Below, piece by piece: positions 35,134 to 44,967 of a stretch of 64,000 nucleotides of DNA. The translations under genes and the position numbers were made by a program. The DNA comes from Chloroflexota bacterium (lineage in GTDB: Bacteria > Chloroflexota > Dehalococcoidia > GIF9 > UBA5629): assembly GCA_016865855.1 (NCBI GenBank), contig VGNX01000003.1, forward strand, positions 4,147 to 68,146, written 5' to 3'. The notes under the pieces were generated by a model. The model saw nothing but the letters and a program-made list of their open reading frames with translations, did no database searches and had not been told where the DNA came from. Position 1 is the stretch's first letter. Each line of letters begins with the position of its first letter.

Positions 35134-37179
35134 TCATTTCCCCAGCAAAGGTAAACCATTCTCAGGTTCCGGTTCGGGTGCTGGCGGGAACGGAATGGGT
35201 CCGGGCATAGGTCCTGGCCCTACTCCGCTTTCGAAGTGGAACATGAGCGTGAAGGTTATGGAACCTCCAGCAGGTAACGTCTGTGACGGAGGAGAAACAC
35301 CAACAAATGAAGATTGTGGTGGACCTCCAGCGGTGTACTGCACACTGTAGCTTCCCTGTGGTGCATTGGCAAAGTTGCGCGGCGCGGAACTGCCCGACTC
35401 CACATAGGGTCCCTGGAGCACATACCCAACCGAACCCGACCAGGGTTGCCCGTCCAATGTAGCTTCAACGGTAACGTATCCCTTGGGCTGTCCGGTGAAC
35501 TGCAACGTATATTGGATAGAGCCACCTGGTGCCAGGTTTTGCGTCGGTGCCGGTGAAATACTGGTCAACGTGGCACCGATAGGTCCGCCGGAATTGTAGC
35601 TTAAGGTATAGAGGCCTGCAGGCTTGCTGCTGAATGTACCCGGTATGGTGCCCCCCGAATCAAAGGCAGGACCGCTTACTGTGTAGCTGATCGGACCGGA
35701 ACCAGGTTGCGTCATCCACGGCTGCCCATCTACCATGGCATTGACACTGATAGTGCCGGTGCTGGGCTGCGCCGTAAAGTTCAGATTGAATCCAATGGTG
35801 CGACCGCCTGACAACGATTGCGTTGGTGCTGGCGTGATACTGGTCAATACAGCGCCAGCAGGGCCACCACCATTATATGTGAGACTATAATTGCCCACAG
35901 GCACGCTGTTATACGTGCGTGGCAACTGGTTATCGTTGCTCTGGAAGGGACCGCTGAGTGTATAGATAACCATACCAGACCACGGCGAACCATTCAAGGT
36001 GGCATCCACCACCACATTGCCGGTTTGCTGCTGCGCGTAATAATTCAGGATAAATCCAGCCGACCCACCACTAGGCAACACGAGTGATTGTCCCGGGGCA
36101 ATATTACCCAGCGTCGCTCCCGTGGGACCGCCTCCTTTATAGTTAATGTAATACGTCCCAGGAGTAGCGTTTTTCAATTGTAAAGGAACTGACGTATAGT
36201 TATTGTTAATCGGCCCGGAGAGCGAATATAGTACCGGCCCTGTCCAGGCGACTCCATTGTAAAATGCAGTCACCGACAGGTTCGATGCCGAGACTGTCGA
36301 GAAATTCAGCGTATAGACAATACCGCTATTAGACGCTAGCGTTTGGGTCGGCGAGGGCGAAATACTGCTGAGCACAGCGCCAGACGGACCACCTGAATTG
36401 TACGTCAGCGTATATGTACCCGTCGGCATGTTGTTGAGGGTCTGGGGAACGACGACATCGGCGTCCTTGAAAGGACCGGTAAGCGAATAGCTAACGCTAC
36501 CTGACCATGGCGCGCCATTCAGGGTAGCAGCAATTTTAATGCTGGAACTGGACTGGCGCTGGAAATTCAAAACGAAGTGCGCCGTACTCCCCGCAGCCAA
36601 CTCCAAACTCGGCCCAGGAGTAATGCTCGCCAGCGAAGCGCCGGCAGGACCACCATAATTATACGTTACTGCATAGGTTCCGATTGGCACGCTGTTGAAA
36701 TTCCAGGGAACTGAATTATCCGTATCCGAAAAAGGCCCGCTGACACTGTAGTTCACCGAGCCAGTCCACGGCGCCCCATCAAGTGTAGCGCTTACCCGAA
36801 CAGTTCCCGTGCTCGGCGGACTAACTCCACCTGGCGTAAAGAAAGACCACGGCGCTGTCCAATTCGACACCTGATTACCCTGCCTGGCCAGTACCTTCCA
36901 GTAATACTGGGTACCTCCACTCAATTTTCCCGAAGGTATGGTGTAACTGACGTCACCTATATTATTAACATCGACAACTAAACTCTGGAAATTGTTGTCT
37001 TTCGCCACCATCAATCGATAGGTAGCGGCTCCACCACCTCCCCACATAAGTGTAGGCGTTATCGATAACACCGAACTGCCGTTGGCAGGAGACGCCAGGC
37101 TTACCGCTAACTTCGGTGGCGCCAGACACCCTGCCAGTAATAGCATAAATATTAGTAGTAACGTTAAAGAATTTCGCAT
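35134..37179 (-). CDS. Secreted lipoprotein with an FN3-like N-terminal domain and six ~88-aa tandem beta-modules
   Basis: Lipobox LLAGC, then YYWKVLARQGNQVSNWTAPWSF, then six modules each containing (A/T)LxG(A/S/Q)PW(S/T)G.V.Y.(L/V).GP...P.GTY.(L/V).YN.GGP.GA.L. Confidence 0.75.
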   Translation of the reverse strand: MRNSLTLLLIFMLLLAGCLAPPKLAVSLASPANGSSVLSITPTLMWGGGGAATYRLMVAKDNNFQSLVVDVNNIGDVSYTIPSGKLSGGTQYYWKVLARQGNQVSNWTAPWSFFTPGGVSPPSTGTVRVSATLDGAPWTGSVNYSVSGPFSDTDNSVPWNFNSVPIGTYAVTYNYGGPAGASLASITPGPSLELAAGSTAHFVLNFQRQSSSSIKIAATLNGAPWSGSVSYSLTGPFKDADVVVPQTLNNMPTGTYTLTYNSGGPSGAVLSSISPSPTQTLASNSGIVYTLNFSTVSASNLSVTAFYNGVAWTGPVLYSLSGPINNNYTSVPLQLKNATPGTYYINYKGGGPTGATLGNIAPGQSLVLPSGGSAGFILNYYAQQQTGNVVVDATLNGSPWSGMVIYTLSGPFQSNDNQLPRTYNSVPVGNYSLTYNGGGPAGAVLTSITPAPTQSLSGGRTIGFNLNFTAQPSTGTISVNAMVDGQPWMTQPGSGPISYTVSGPAFDSGGTIPGTFSSKPAGLYTLSYNSGGPIGATLTSISPAPTQNLAPGGSIQYTLQFTGQPKGYVTVEATLDGQPWSGSVGYVLQGPYVESGSSAPRNFANAPQGSYSVQYTAGGPPQSSFVGVSPPSQTLPAGGSITFTLMFHFESGVGPGPMPGPIPFPPAPEPEPENGLPLLGK

Positions 37180-37279
37180 CTTTTACCCCGTTTCATACAT
37201 TTTCCCTAAGTCTATCGCTATCACGATAACAAGTCAATAGCCAGATAATAACGGAAGAAATATGTAAGAGAACAGAAGG

Positions 37280-37355
37280 TGGTGGAGCTGGGGGGATTCG
37301 AACCCCCTACCTTTTGACTGCCAGTCAAACGCTCTCCCAATTGAGCTACAGCCCC
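37280..37355 (-). tRNA. tRNA-Ala (anticodon GGC), CCA encoded
   Basis: Reverse complement GGGGCTGTAGCTCAATTGGGAGAGCGTTTGACTGGCAGTCAAAAGGTAGGGGGTTCGAATCCCCCCAGCTCCACCA. It has the 7-bp acceptor stem with G3:U70, anticodon stem TTTGA/TCAAA, loop CTGGCAG and T-loop GGTTCGAATCC. Confidence 0.95.
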
Positions 37356-37399
37356 ACGCCAAAAAGTCTAGCAAAAAGCCCTGTGAAACTCAAACAGCG

Positions 37400-37639
37400 C
37401 TAATGTTTTAGAGGCCGACCCCAGGCATCCTTGCGGTATTCACTGGCGATAAGGATAATATCGCTAAGCCACCAGGCGCCAAAGCCTCCTAAGATAAGGA
37501 GCTTAACGATCGCCGAGCGCGTCCTTCCTATATAAAAGCGGTCAACACCAAAGAACCCGAGAAAGAGGGATAGAAGGAGAGCTACTCGCCAGCTTCTTGG
37601 CTTAGGCTTAGATCTAGATCTAGATTTAGACTTAGGCAT
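37400..37639 (-). CDS. TM2-domain membrane protein
   Basis: 79 aa with a Lys/Ser/Arg-rich N-terminus, then [14 protein letters not shown]...[14 protein letters not shown] (TM2 domain pattern). Confidence 0.75.
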   Translation of the reverse strand: MPKSKSRSRSKPKPRSWRVALLLSLFLGFFGVDRFYIGRTRSAIVKLLILGGFGAWWLSDIILIASEYRKDAWGRPLKH

Positions 37640-37646
37640 GGACCAC

Positions 37647-38231
37647 CTAAATTCCTAGCACTCCTACCCAGCGTAATATAGAGCGTAAGCCGAAATAGCC
37701 CAGATAGGCGATTGCCATGTTTTTTACTGCCTTGCCACCCCAGCATATAAAGAAGAATTTGACCAGTCCAAACCGAAGCATTCCAGCTATGGCTGCGAAC
37801 GGATAAAACAAGGGATTTAGGATGGCTGACATCAAAAACACCGCTATCTCGCCGCGATTACGTATCCAATCGTTAAACTTGGCGAAATACCTGTGATTAA
37901 GATTTTGCACAGCCTTCTGCCCACCCCAGCCACTTAGGTAAATGCCAATGCTGCCAACTGCTTCACCCAAGCCAGAAACAACGCCAACTAGAGCCGGGTT
38001 TAACACACTGCCCAAGGTGAATACAACTAAAATACCCGGTATGGGCACAAAAACGGTAGCGCCAGCAAGAATACTGATAACAAAGGCGCCAAAGTATCCG
38101 TAGTGCTGAGCCTGCCTAATGTAATCCCAGTAAAAAACAACAGCAACACAAGAGGCAATGGTAAGCGCTAATGCCACACCGCCTATAATATATTCTCTTT
38201 TTCTCGATTCCGTCTTTGCTGGCATCGCCAT
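37647..38231 (-). CDS. DedA/VTT-domain membrane protein
   Basis: 194-aa polytopic protein with a paralogue at 39685-40344. VTT-like core ([11 protein letters not shown]...GLGEAVGS). Confidence 0.6.
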   Translation of the reverse strand: MAMPAKTESRKREYIIGGVALALTIASCVAVVFYWDYIRQAQHYGYFGAFVISILAGATVFVPIPGILVVFTLGSVLNPALVGVVSGLGEAVGSIGIYLSGWGGQKAVQNLNHRYFAKFNDWIRNRGEIAVFLMSAILNPLFYPFAAIAGMLRFGLVKFFFICWGGKAVKNMAIAYLGYFGLRSILRWVGVLGI

Positions 38232-38267
38232 TTCCGAAGACTCTCCCGTTTAAGTTAACTACCTCAC

Positions 38268-39041
38268 CTATTTCTTAGCGCCGAAATTAATCTTGAGGAA
38301 ATCTCTGATTCGCCTCTCGATCTCAGGATTATTCCAATCGTATTCGTGACCTGGAGCATTAACGCAAAGAGCAAGTGGTACCTGTTTCCCCATAAGACGA
38401 TACCTGATCCACTTGAAAGGAGCAGCCATAAGGATTCTAACCCCAACCCACAGATTCCCTTGTACTAGGATATCGGGCCTGACCCCGTTACCTTCTAGTG
38501 CTAGTGTCCTCTCGGTAATTATTCGCCAGGATTTATACTGGAAAGGAAAGCCCAATTCAATGCTATAGACCGGGTAAGGTCCGCCTAGCTGCCGCATAAC
38601 TGCGCTACCAAAGGCAGCACCCTGGCTTATCCCTACCAAAATGACCTTGATAGTACTGACATGTGTGATGATAAATCGCAGCCAGGCTGCCATTACACTT
38701 GCCTTAGAGGCAAAAGAGCGAAATTGCTCTCTCAAGTCCCGCATCTGCTCCCGCCACCCTGTGCCACTGCGGAAATACTGGGTCAGCAACAAACTATGCC
38801 CCATTTCCTCTATGGCGGCTTTAATTCCGGCCACTATGCCCCTCTCCCACTCCAGGCATTGGTCTAACTGGGCATGCCCCCAACCACCAGGGTTATGAAC
38901 AATAAGGAAGTCTCTACCTTTGGCTTTAGCACAAACATCTATAAGTTGATTAGCGAAATTACTACCTGCCTCCTCACTCCCAAAAAGTTGCTGAGCCAAG
39001 CGATAGGCCTCTTCCCGTAAAGTCGGATTCGCACTAGTCAT
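38268..39041 (-). CDS. Hypothetical protein, possibly alpha/beta-hydrolase-like
   Basis: 257 aa. GxSxG-like VGISQGAAFG is the only motif recognised. Confidence 0.35.
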   Translation of the reverse strand: MTSANPTLREEAYRLAQQLFGSEEAGSNFANQLIDVCAKAKGRDFLIVHNPGGWGHAQLDQCLEWERGIVAGIKAAIEEMGHSLLLTQYFRSGTGWREQMRDLREQFRSFASKASVMAAWLRFIITHVSTIKVILVGISQGAAFGSAVMRQLGGPYPVYSIELGFPFQYKSWRIITERTLALEGNGVRPDILVQGNLWVGVRILMAAPFKWIRYRLMGKQVPLALCVNAPGHEYDWNNPEIERRIRDFLKINFGAKK

Positions 39042-39098
39042 CTTTAGTCCACTGTTGACACTTTCGGCCTTCGCAGGAAAGCTTAATCAATGAAGCAC

Positions 39099-39665
39099 CT
39101 ACCTAACCGCATCAATAAGGTGATACTTTGCACTCTTCTCACCTGCTGAATTGTTCCTCTGCTCAAGATAGATTGCGTTGCCCTTTTGCCAAACCCATAG
39201 ATGATGCCCGCGATGAAGCCAGGCCCCGATAGATTGCCTCGAAGGATAAACAAGAAAAACAGTCTCTGCCACTCTGTTAAGCTCATCCAGGGCCCTATTG
39301 GCATAATAAATTGATGGCAGGTGCTCCAGTAAGTGACTGGCAAAAACGGCTCCAAATGCTTTGTCGGAGAACGGAATTTGGGCGACGTCGGCAATCACCC
39401 CATAAGGGTGCCCTTCGAAGGCTCGACGCTCAATGTCGAGACAAACATCACCGTCACTGTGCGCAGGCATATTCAGCCACCGACGAATTCCTCTGTTACT
39501 CCACGGCCCACCGGCTACCAGCAGCGGTTTACCAAGCTTCCAGGCGCATGCAGCAGCAGCCTTATATCGCTTGCTCTTTTGCGAAATCTCACCAGACAAG
39601 ACGGCTAATTGCCAGCTCACTACACCGAGCGATATTCCTACCGTAAAGAACAAGATGATATGCAC
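39099..39665 (-). CDS. Membrane-anchored methyltransferase-type-11-like protein
   Basis: 188 aa with an N-terminal TM helix. IPFSDKAFGAVFASHLLEHL...LNRVAETVFLV resembles the post-I/II region of class I methyltransferases. No clear GxGxG. Confidence 0.4.
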   Translation of the reverse strand: MHIILFFTVGISLGVVSWQLAVLSGEISQKSKRYKAAAACAWKLGKPLLVAGGPWSNRGIRRWLNMPAHSDGDVCLDIERRAFEGHPYGVIADVAQIPFSDKAFGAVFASHLLEHLPSIYYANRALDELNRVAETVFLVYPSRQSIGAWLHRGHHLWVWQKGNAIYLEQRNNSAGEKSAKYHLIDAVR

Positions 39666-39684
39666 TTTTCAATTACATTCCCTT

Positions 39685-40344
39685 CTAGATTCCTAGAACT
39701 CGGAAAAGCGAAGTTAACCCAAAATAGCCACAAAATGCTATAAATGAGCTCTTAACTATATTGCCAACCAAAGAGTAAAGGAAAAACTTCCACCTTGGGA
39801 AACGGAGCGACGCCATGGCAAGAGTCATCGGTAGGTGAAAAGGATTTATTACGACCGACATGATAAAGACAGCCAGCGAACCGTGCCGTTGCGCCCAGGC
39901 CATAGCCCTGTCATATAAACCTCTATTAATCATACAAGCGAACTTCTGGGAGAGATCCTTACTACCCTGACCAATCATAAAGGTGATTAATTGCCCCGAG
40001 CTAGCGCCAAGCCCTGATACCAGCCCTACTAATACTGGCGCTCCTATCCGCAACTGAGGTGCCAGGATAGACGGTAGAGTAAATACTAGAAGCCAATAGG
40101 GAACAGGTATTGCGATAAGGCTTAGAACACTTCCACCAAGGAAAGCAACAACGAGCATGCCCAGAAGACCATAAGTTGCTACATATTTTGTATCCAATAG
40201 GTAATTTCTGTAGTAAATAGCAACAAAACAAAGCGAGATAGTAAGCAGTAGGGATAGAACACTTACTGTAATGTCCTTTTTGGACCAACCTTGTCCGGCT
40301 TCTCCATTCGCAGTTACAGCACCTTTGAAAGAGGAATCTCCCAT
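39685..40344 (-). CDS. DedA/VTT-domain membrane protein (paralogue)
   Basis: 219-aa polytopic protein with the same end motif as 37647-38231 (GYFGL.S..R.LGI). Confidence 0.6.
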   Translation of the reverse strand: MGDSSFKGAVTANGEAGQGWSKKDITVSVLSLLLTISLCFVAIYYRNYLLDTKYVATYGLLGMLVVAFLGGSVLSLIAIPVPYWLLVFTLPSILAPQLRIGAPVLVGLVSGLGASSGQLITFMIGQGSKDLSQKFACMINRGLYDRAMAWAQRHGSLAVFIMSVVINPFHLPMTLAMASLRFPRWKFFLYSLVGNIVKSSFIAFCGYFGLTSLFRVLGI

Positions 40345-40345
40345 C

Positions 40346-42778
40346 CTATTTAGCTGCCTTGACTTTCTTTTTGGTGCTAAAGCTTAGCACATCCCCATCA
40401 ACGCCAACAACTACGGTGTTTCCATCCTTTATCTCGCCCTGCAATATTCGGCTGGACAGAGGATTCTCCACATAACGCTGGATTGCCCGCCGTAGCGGAC
40501 GAGCTCCGTAGGCTGGTTCATAGCCTTCCTTGAGCAGCCAGGCTTTCGCCTCGTCATCCAGCTCCAATTTGATATTTCGATCAGCTAGACGTTTCTCAAC
40601 CTCCAAAATCAACAGGTCCACAATCTTCTTCAGGTGCTCCTCAGTCAGTGGTTGAAAGATAATGATATCGTCTATCCTGTTCAGGAACTCAGGGCGAAAG
40701 GTTTGTTTCAAAGCGGTTTCTATGGTGCCTCTCAGCCGCTGTTGCTCACTCTTCTCCTGGCGAGAAAAGCCAATGGCTTGACGCTGAAATTCCTGAGTGC
40801 CCAAGTTGCTCGTCATTATCACCACGGTATCTTTAAAATTAACCGTTCTACCATGGCCGTCAGTCAGCCTGCCGTCCTCCAGTATCTGAAGCAGAATGTT
40901 AAAAACATCAGGATGCGCCTTCTCAACTTCGTCGAAAAGAATCACCCGAAATGGGCGACGGCGTACGGCTTCAGTTAGTTGCCCTGCCTCTTCATAGCCC
41001 ACATATCCCGGCGGAGCACCGATAAGCCGAGATACTGTGTGCTTCTCCTGGAATTCTGACATATCTAGCCGAATCATGGCATCTTCATCATCGAAGAGGA
41101 ATTGAGCCAATGCCTTGACCAGCTCTGTCTTACCAACACCTGTGGGCCCTAAGAAGATAAAACTACCTATGGGGCGCTTGGGATCTTTAAGCCCGGCTCG
41201 TCCTCTCCTGATAGCCTCAGAGATGGCTGAAACCGCCTCCTCCTGATTGACAATTCTCTCATGCAGCCTCTCTTCCATATGAAGCAACTTCTCAGCCTCA
41301 CCCTCCAGCATCCGAGACACCGGGATACCCGTCCATTTGGAAACCAATTCAGCTATAGTCTCCTCATCAACAACGCTATCGATTTTTTTCTCCTTGCGCC
41401 ATTCAGCTTCCTTACCATCACGCTCCGGTTCCAGCTGCAACCTTTGAGACCTTAACTCAGCTGCTTTTTGATAATCTCCTCGCTGAGAGGCTGACTCTTC
41501 CTCATCTTGCAGATACTTTATCTTCGCGTCTAGCTCTTTGATATCCGGTGGTTTGCTTTCCATGTCAATGCGCAACTTACTTGCTGCCTCATCAATAAGG
41601 TCAATTGCCTTATCCGGCAAAAACCTGTCCGAGATATAACGCTGGCTAAGTCGGGCAGCAGCCACCAAGGCAGAATCATCGATTTTTATCTTGTGATGGG
41701 CTTCATACCTAGGACGTAGCACTTGCAACATCTCTATAGTCGCCTCAACGCTCGGCTCACCGAGAAACACAGGCTGCAGCCTCCGCTCCAGCGCCTTGTC
41801 CTTCTCAATATGCTCCCGATACTCATCCAGAGTAGTTGCCCCAACGCACTGGAGTTCACCACGGGCTAACGCTGGCTTCAACATATTGCTGGCATCAATG
41901 GCCCCCTCGGCAGCTCCAGCACCAACTACAGTGTGCATCTCATCTATAAACAAAATGATTTCACCGCTGGCCTGGCGAATCTCATCCATAACCGCTTTCA
42001 GCCTCTCCTCAAACTCACCACGAAACTTGCTGCCAGCGACCAGCGCCCCCATATCCAGGGCAACGACTCTTTTGTTCTTAAGAGAATCGGGGACATCACC
42101 AGCCGCAATCTTCTGGGCTAACCCTTCAGCAATAGCTGTTTTGCCAACACCAGCCTCGCCGATGATTACCGGGTTGTTCTTGGTGCGCCGGGTTAATACC
42201 TGCATCACCCGCTTTATCTCGTCATCACGTCCAATCACTGGGTCGAGTTTCCCTTGATGAGCTAACTCGGTGAGGTCACGGCCATATTTCTCCAAGGAAC
42301 GATACCTGCTCTCAGCGGTCGGGCTGTCAACCCGGTGACCACCCCGAATATCCTGAAGCGCCCGGTAAATCTTCTCCTGATCGATGCCAAATTCCTTTAG
42401 AATCGTGGCTGCTTCTCCGCTACTTTCTCCAGCAGTAGCAATTAATAGATGCTCAGTGCTAATGAAGTCATCTTTAAGCCGGTCAGCCTCACGAGCGGCA
42501 TTATCCATGAGACGAGCGATTCGAGGGGTAGCATAAATTTGAGCTGACTCATTGGTTGCTTTCGGAGCATGGTCAAGACCAGCTTCAACTCGCTTTCTTA
42601 CCGCCTCCGCATTCACACCCAACCTCCCCAGTATCTGCAAGGTCAAGCCGCTCTCTTGCTCCAGCAAAGCCAACAAGATATGTTCTACATCCCACTGGAT
42701 ATGACGATAGCGACTAACAATATTCTGCGAAGCAGCCAGTACTTCCCTGGCCTGTTCAGTAAATCTTTCCGGTCTCAT
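40346..42778 (-). CDS. clpC: Class I Clp/Hsp100 AAA+ chaperone, ClpC-like
   Basis: 810 aa with a Clp_N repeat N-terminus, two Walker A sites ([16 protein letters not shown]), a short middle domain with a UVR-like [12 protein letters not shown], and an IGF tripeptide (RQAIGFS) expected for ClpP-docking Clp ATPases rather than ClpB. Confidence 0.8.
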   Translation of the reverse strand: MRPERFTEQAREVLAASQNIVSRYRHIQWDVEHILLALLEQESGLTLQILGRLGVNAEAVRKRVEAGLDHAPKATNESAQIYATPRIARLMDNAAREADRLKDDFISTEHLLIATAGESSGEAATILKEFGIDQEKIYRALQDIRGGHRVDSPTAESRYRSLEKYGRDLTELAHQGKLDPVIGRDDEIKRVMQVLTRRTKNNPVIIGEAGVGKTAIAEGLAQKIAAGDVPDSLKNKRVVALDMGALVAGSKFRGEFEERLKAVMDEIRQASGEIILFIDEMHTVVGAGAAEGAIDASNMLKPALARGELQCVGATTLDEYREHIEKDKALERRLQPVFLGEPSVEATIEMLQVLRPRYEAHHKIKIDDSALVAAARLSQRYISDRFLPDKAIDLIDEAASKLRIDMESKPPDIKELDAKIKYLQDEEESASQRGDYQKAAELRSQRLQLEPERDGKEAEWRKEKKIDSVVDEETIAELVSKWTGIPVSRMLEGEAEKLLHMEERLHERIVNQEEAVSAISEAIRRGRAGLKDPKRPIGSFIFLGPTGVGKTELVKALAQFLFDDEDAMIRLDMSEFQEKHTVSRLIGAPPGYVGYEEAGQLTEAVRRRPFRVILFDEVEKAHPDVFNILLQILEDGRLTDGHGRTVNFKDTVVIMTSNLGTQEFQRQAIGFSRQEKSEQQRLRGTIETALKQTFRPEFLNRIDDIIIFQPLTEEHLKKIVDLLILEVEKRLADRNIKLELDDEAKAWLLKEGYEPAYGARPLRRAIQRYVENPLSSRILQGEIKDGNTVVVGVDGDVLSFSTKKKVKAAK

Positions 42779-42787
42779 AAGTCTCTA

Positions 42788-43069
42788 TTACTTTTCTCCA
42801 AACTCCTCCTTGATGAGCTTATCTCTGTAGCCCGTAACATAGGAGCACTCAGGGCCGTTGCATTTCTCCATCTTGAGCATGATTTTCTTGTCGAATTTAT
42901 GCTTCTTGTCCTCAAGAGCTTTCTGCTTATACCTGTTATACCAAGCACATTTAGTTGACCAATCCTTGTTGACCATAATAGTGACAAAGTCATCAACCAA
43001 TTCACAGCGAATAGTGGTCGCTGTAATCTGCCATTTGGCAGGTTTCAATTCTGTCTTTGCTTTAACCAT
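42788..43069 (-). CDS. Hypothetical 93-aa Cys4 protein in the hspR-clp operon
   Basis: ORF overlapping the hspR stop by 8 nt, with four Cys (C22, C41, C70, C75). No family recognised. Confidence 0.5.
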   Translation of the reverse strand: MVKAKTELKPAKWQITATTIRCELVDDFVTIMVNKDWSTKCAWYNRYKQKALEDKKHKFDKKIMLKMEKCNGPECSYVTGYRDKLIKEEFGEK

Positions 43070-43415
43070 TGCTTACCCCCTTTTTTAGTTTTCTTTTTAT
43101 ACCTGTCTCAGCTTGTCTAAGCTGCTCAATCTCAAACTCCATTTCTTGAATCCGGCGCTGCATTTCTGTCATTCTCTCTGCCATACGAATCACCACCTCC
43201 ACCCCAGCCAGATTAATCCCCAAGTCGCACATCAAAGTTTTAATATGACGCAGACGCTCAATATCGATTTCTGAATAATAGCGAATTTTCCCTTTGGATC
43301 GATATGGCTGCACCAAGCCAATTCTTTCATAATAGCGCAAAGTGTGCATCTCAATGCCAACTATTCTGGCCGCAATACTTATAACATATCTAGGTTCTGA
43401 ACCCGCCGAATTCAT
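43062..43415 (-). CDS. hspR: MerR-family heat-shock regulator (HspR-like)
   Basis: 117 aa with the MerR HTH YVISIAARIVGIEMHTLRYYERIGLV. Sits directly downstream of dnaJ as in dnaJ-hspR operons. Confidence 0.8.
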   Translation of the reverse strand: MNSAGSEPRYVISIAARIVGIEMHTLRYYERIGLVQPYRSKGKIRYYSEIDIERLRHIKTLMCDLGINLAGVEVVIRMAERMTEMQRRIQEMEFEIEQLRQAETGIKRKLKKGVSNG

Positions 43416-43450
43416 ACTATCTTATCACCTCAAGAATACAATGGCAATAC

Positions 43451-44446
43451 TTAATTGGGACGATACATCCGTAACTGCTCGAAAAGCTGTTTCTCCTGCG
43501 GTGTCAATTTTGTCGGCAGCACCACATTCACTTTAGCAAATATGTCACCTCGCGAAGAGTCGTTAAGGTGCGGCATGCCTTGCCCAGCCAGCCGAAACAC
43601 CTTGCCATTCTGAGTCTCCGGCGGTATCCTGAGAGCTACCTTGCCTTTAAGTGTCGGCACTTGCACCTCACCACCAAGCATCGCCGTGCCCAGAGGAACA
43701 GGAACCTCGACATGAAGGTCATCATCCTTACGCTCAAATACCCTGTGAGACAACATTTTCACCACCAGATAAAGGTCGCCTTTGACTCCGTCAGGGCTTA
43801 AGCTCCCTTGGCCTGCAATGCGAACCTTTGAACCATCTTTAACCCCCTGTGGGATCTTGACTTCGAGTCGCTTCGGTTTCCTCATAACACCATAGCCACC
43901 ACAGGCAGTGCATGGCTTATTTCGCACTCTATCTCGAACCCTGCCACTTCCACCACACGCAGAACAAGGCTCATCGCTCCAAACCTGCAAAACGCGTTTT
44001 GTCCCATGGTAGGCTTCCTCCAATGTCACCTCCACAGGGTGCTCCACGCTCTTGGCTCTGCTTGAGCGTCGAGTTGTGCCAGAGCCGGTTCCAAAGCCCT
44101 GAAATATGCCATCGAAGATTCCACCTAAATCACCAAAATCGAAGGTGGTATAGGTGCCACCCCGGCTAAAATCCCATTGAGCCCCTTGCCCGGCTTTGGC
44201 GAACTGCTCAGCATACTGCCACTGATCTCCGAAGCGGTCATATTTCTGCCGCTTTTCTGGGTCGGAAAGTACCTCGTATGCCTCGTTTATCTCTTTGAAC
44301 TTGGCCTCTGCTGCCTTGTCCCCGGGATTGACATCAGGATGATATCTGCGGGCAAGTCGCCGATAAGCCTGCTTTATCTCCTTTTCGGGGGCGCTACGAC
44401 CCACACCCAAAATTGCATAGTAATCTTTACTTGGCATAACCTTCAC
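43451..44446 (-). CDS. DnaJ-family co-chaperone (J domain, only two CxxCxG zinc motifs)
   Basis: J domain DYYAILGV...HPDVNPGD...EAYEVLSD, then CSACGGSG and CTACGGYG. Likely true start is the ATG at 44437 (MPSKDYY). Confidence 0.88.
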   Translation of the reverse strand: MKVMPSKDYYAILGVGRSAPEKEIKQAYRRLARRYHPDVNPGDKAAEAKFKEINEAYEVLSDPEKRQKYDRFGDQWQYAEQFAKAGQGAQWDFSRGGTYTTFDFGDLGGIFDGIFQGFGTGSGTTRRSSRAKSVEHPVEVTLEEAYHGTKRVLQVWSDEPCSACGGSGRVRDRVRNKPCTACGGYGVMRKPKRLEVKIPQGVKDGSKVRIAGQGSLSPDGVKGDLYLVVKMLSHRVFERKDDDLHVEVPVPLGTAMLGGEVQVPTLKGKVALRIPPETQNGKVFRLAGQGMPHLNDSSRGDIFAKVNVVLPTKLTPQEKQLFEQLRMYRPN

Positions 44447-44463
44447 CTTTGACTTTTAACCGT

Positions 44464-44492
44464 ATTGTAAGTAACTTCGTAAGCTTTGTCAA
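44464..44492 (-). promoter_or_regulatory. Sigma-70-type promoter for the dnaJ-hspR-clp operon
   Basis: On the minus strand TTGACA (44487-44492), a 17-nt spacer, then TACAAT (44464-44469). Confidence 0.55.
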
Positions 44493-44533
44493 GTATCTGT
44501 TTTATAAACATTGACACAATATTATTAACTATC

Positions 44534-44561
44534 TTGACAAAATTATTAAGTTTTTTATAAT
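44534..44561 (+). promoter_or_regulatory. Consensus sigma-70 promoter upstream of the hsp20 remnant
   Basis: TTGACA (44534-44539), a 16-nt spacer, then TATAAT (44556-44561). Confidence 0.6.
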
Positions 44562-44608
44562 TTATTGTAAGTGGAGCTCAGAAATACGTAAAAGGTGGAG
44601 GTGAAACT

Positions 44609-44958
44609 ATGAATCTTGTACGATGGGAGCCATTCAGAGAAATGGTGAGCTTGAGGGATACTATAGACAGGTTATTCGAGGACAGCTTCGTCCGGGCTCC
44701 GCGCTTGTGGCCCAAGCTTGGGGGATGGGAACTGCCCATCGAAAGGAAGATAATTACCTCTACAAGGAGCGCCGCTACGGCACCTTCAGTCGCTCAGTAC
44801 TCATCCCAGTAAAGGTCAAGAGCGATAAGACGGAGGCGGTCTTCGAAGCTGGCGTCCTTACTCTAACCCTGCCCAAGGCCGAGGAAGTCAAGCTGAAACA
44901 AATTAAGGTCAAGACCAAACAAATTGCTGGGAGCAAGAAAACGGAGACCGCAAGCTAA
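44609..44958 (+). pseudogene. Hsp20/alpha-crystallin small heat-shock protein, internally deleted and frameshifted
   Basis: Frame 1 gives the sHSP N-terminus MNLVRWEPFREMVSLRDTIDRLFEDSF...GGWELPIERK. A different frame continues KEDNYLYKERRYGTFSRSVLIPVKVKSDKTEAVFEAGVLTLTLPK. The span is 350 nt (not a multiple of 3) and the central beta2-beta6 part (~40 aa) is missing. Confidence 0.75.
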
Positions 44959-44967
44959 AATTGCTAA

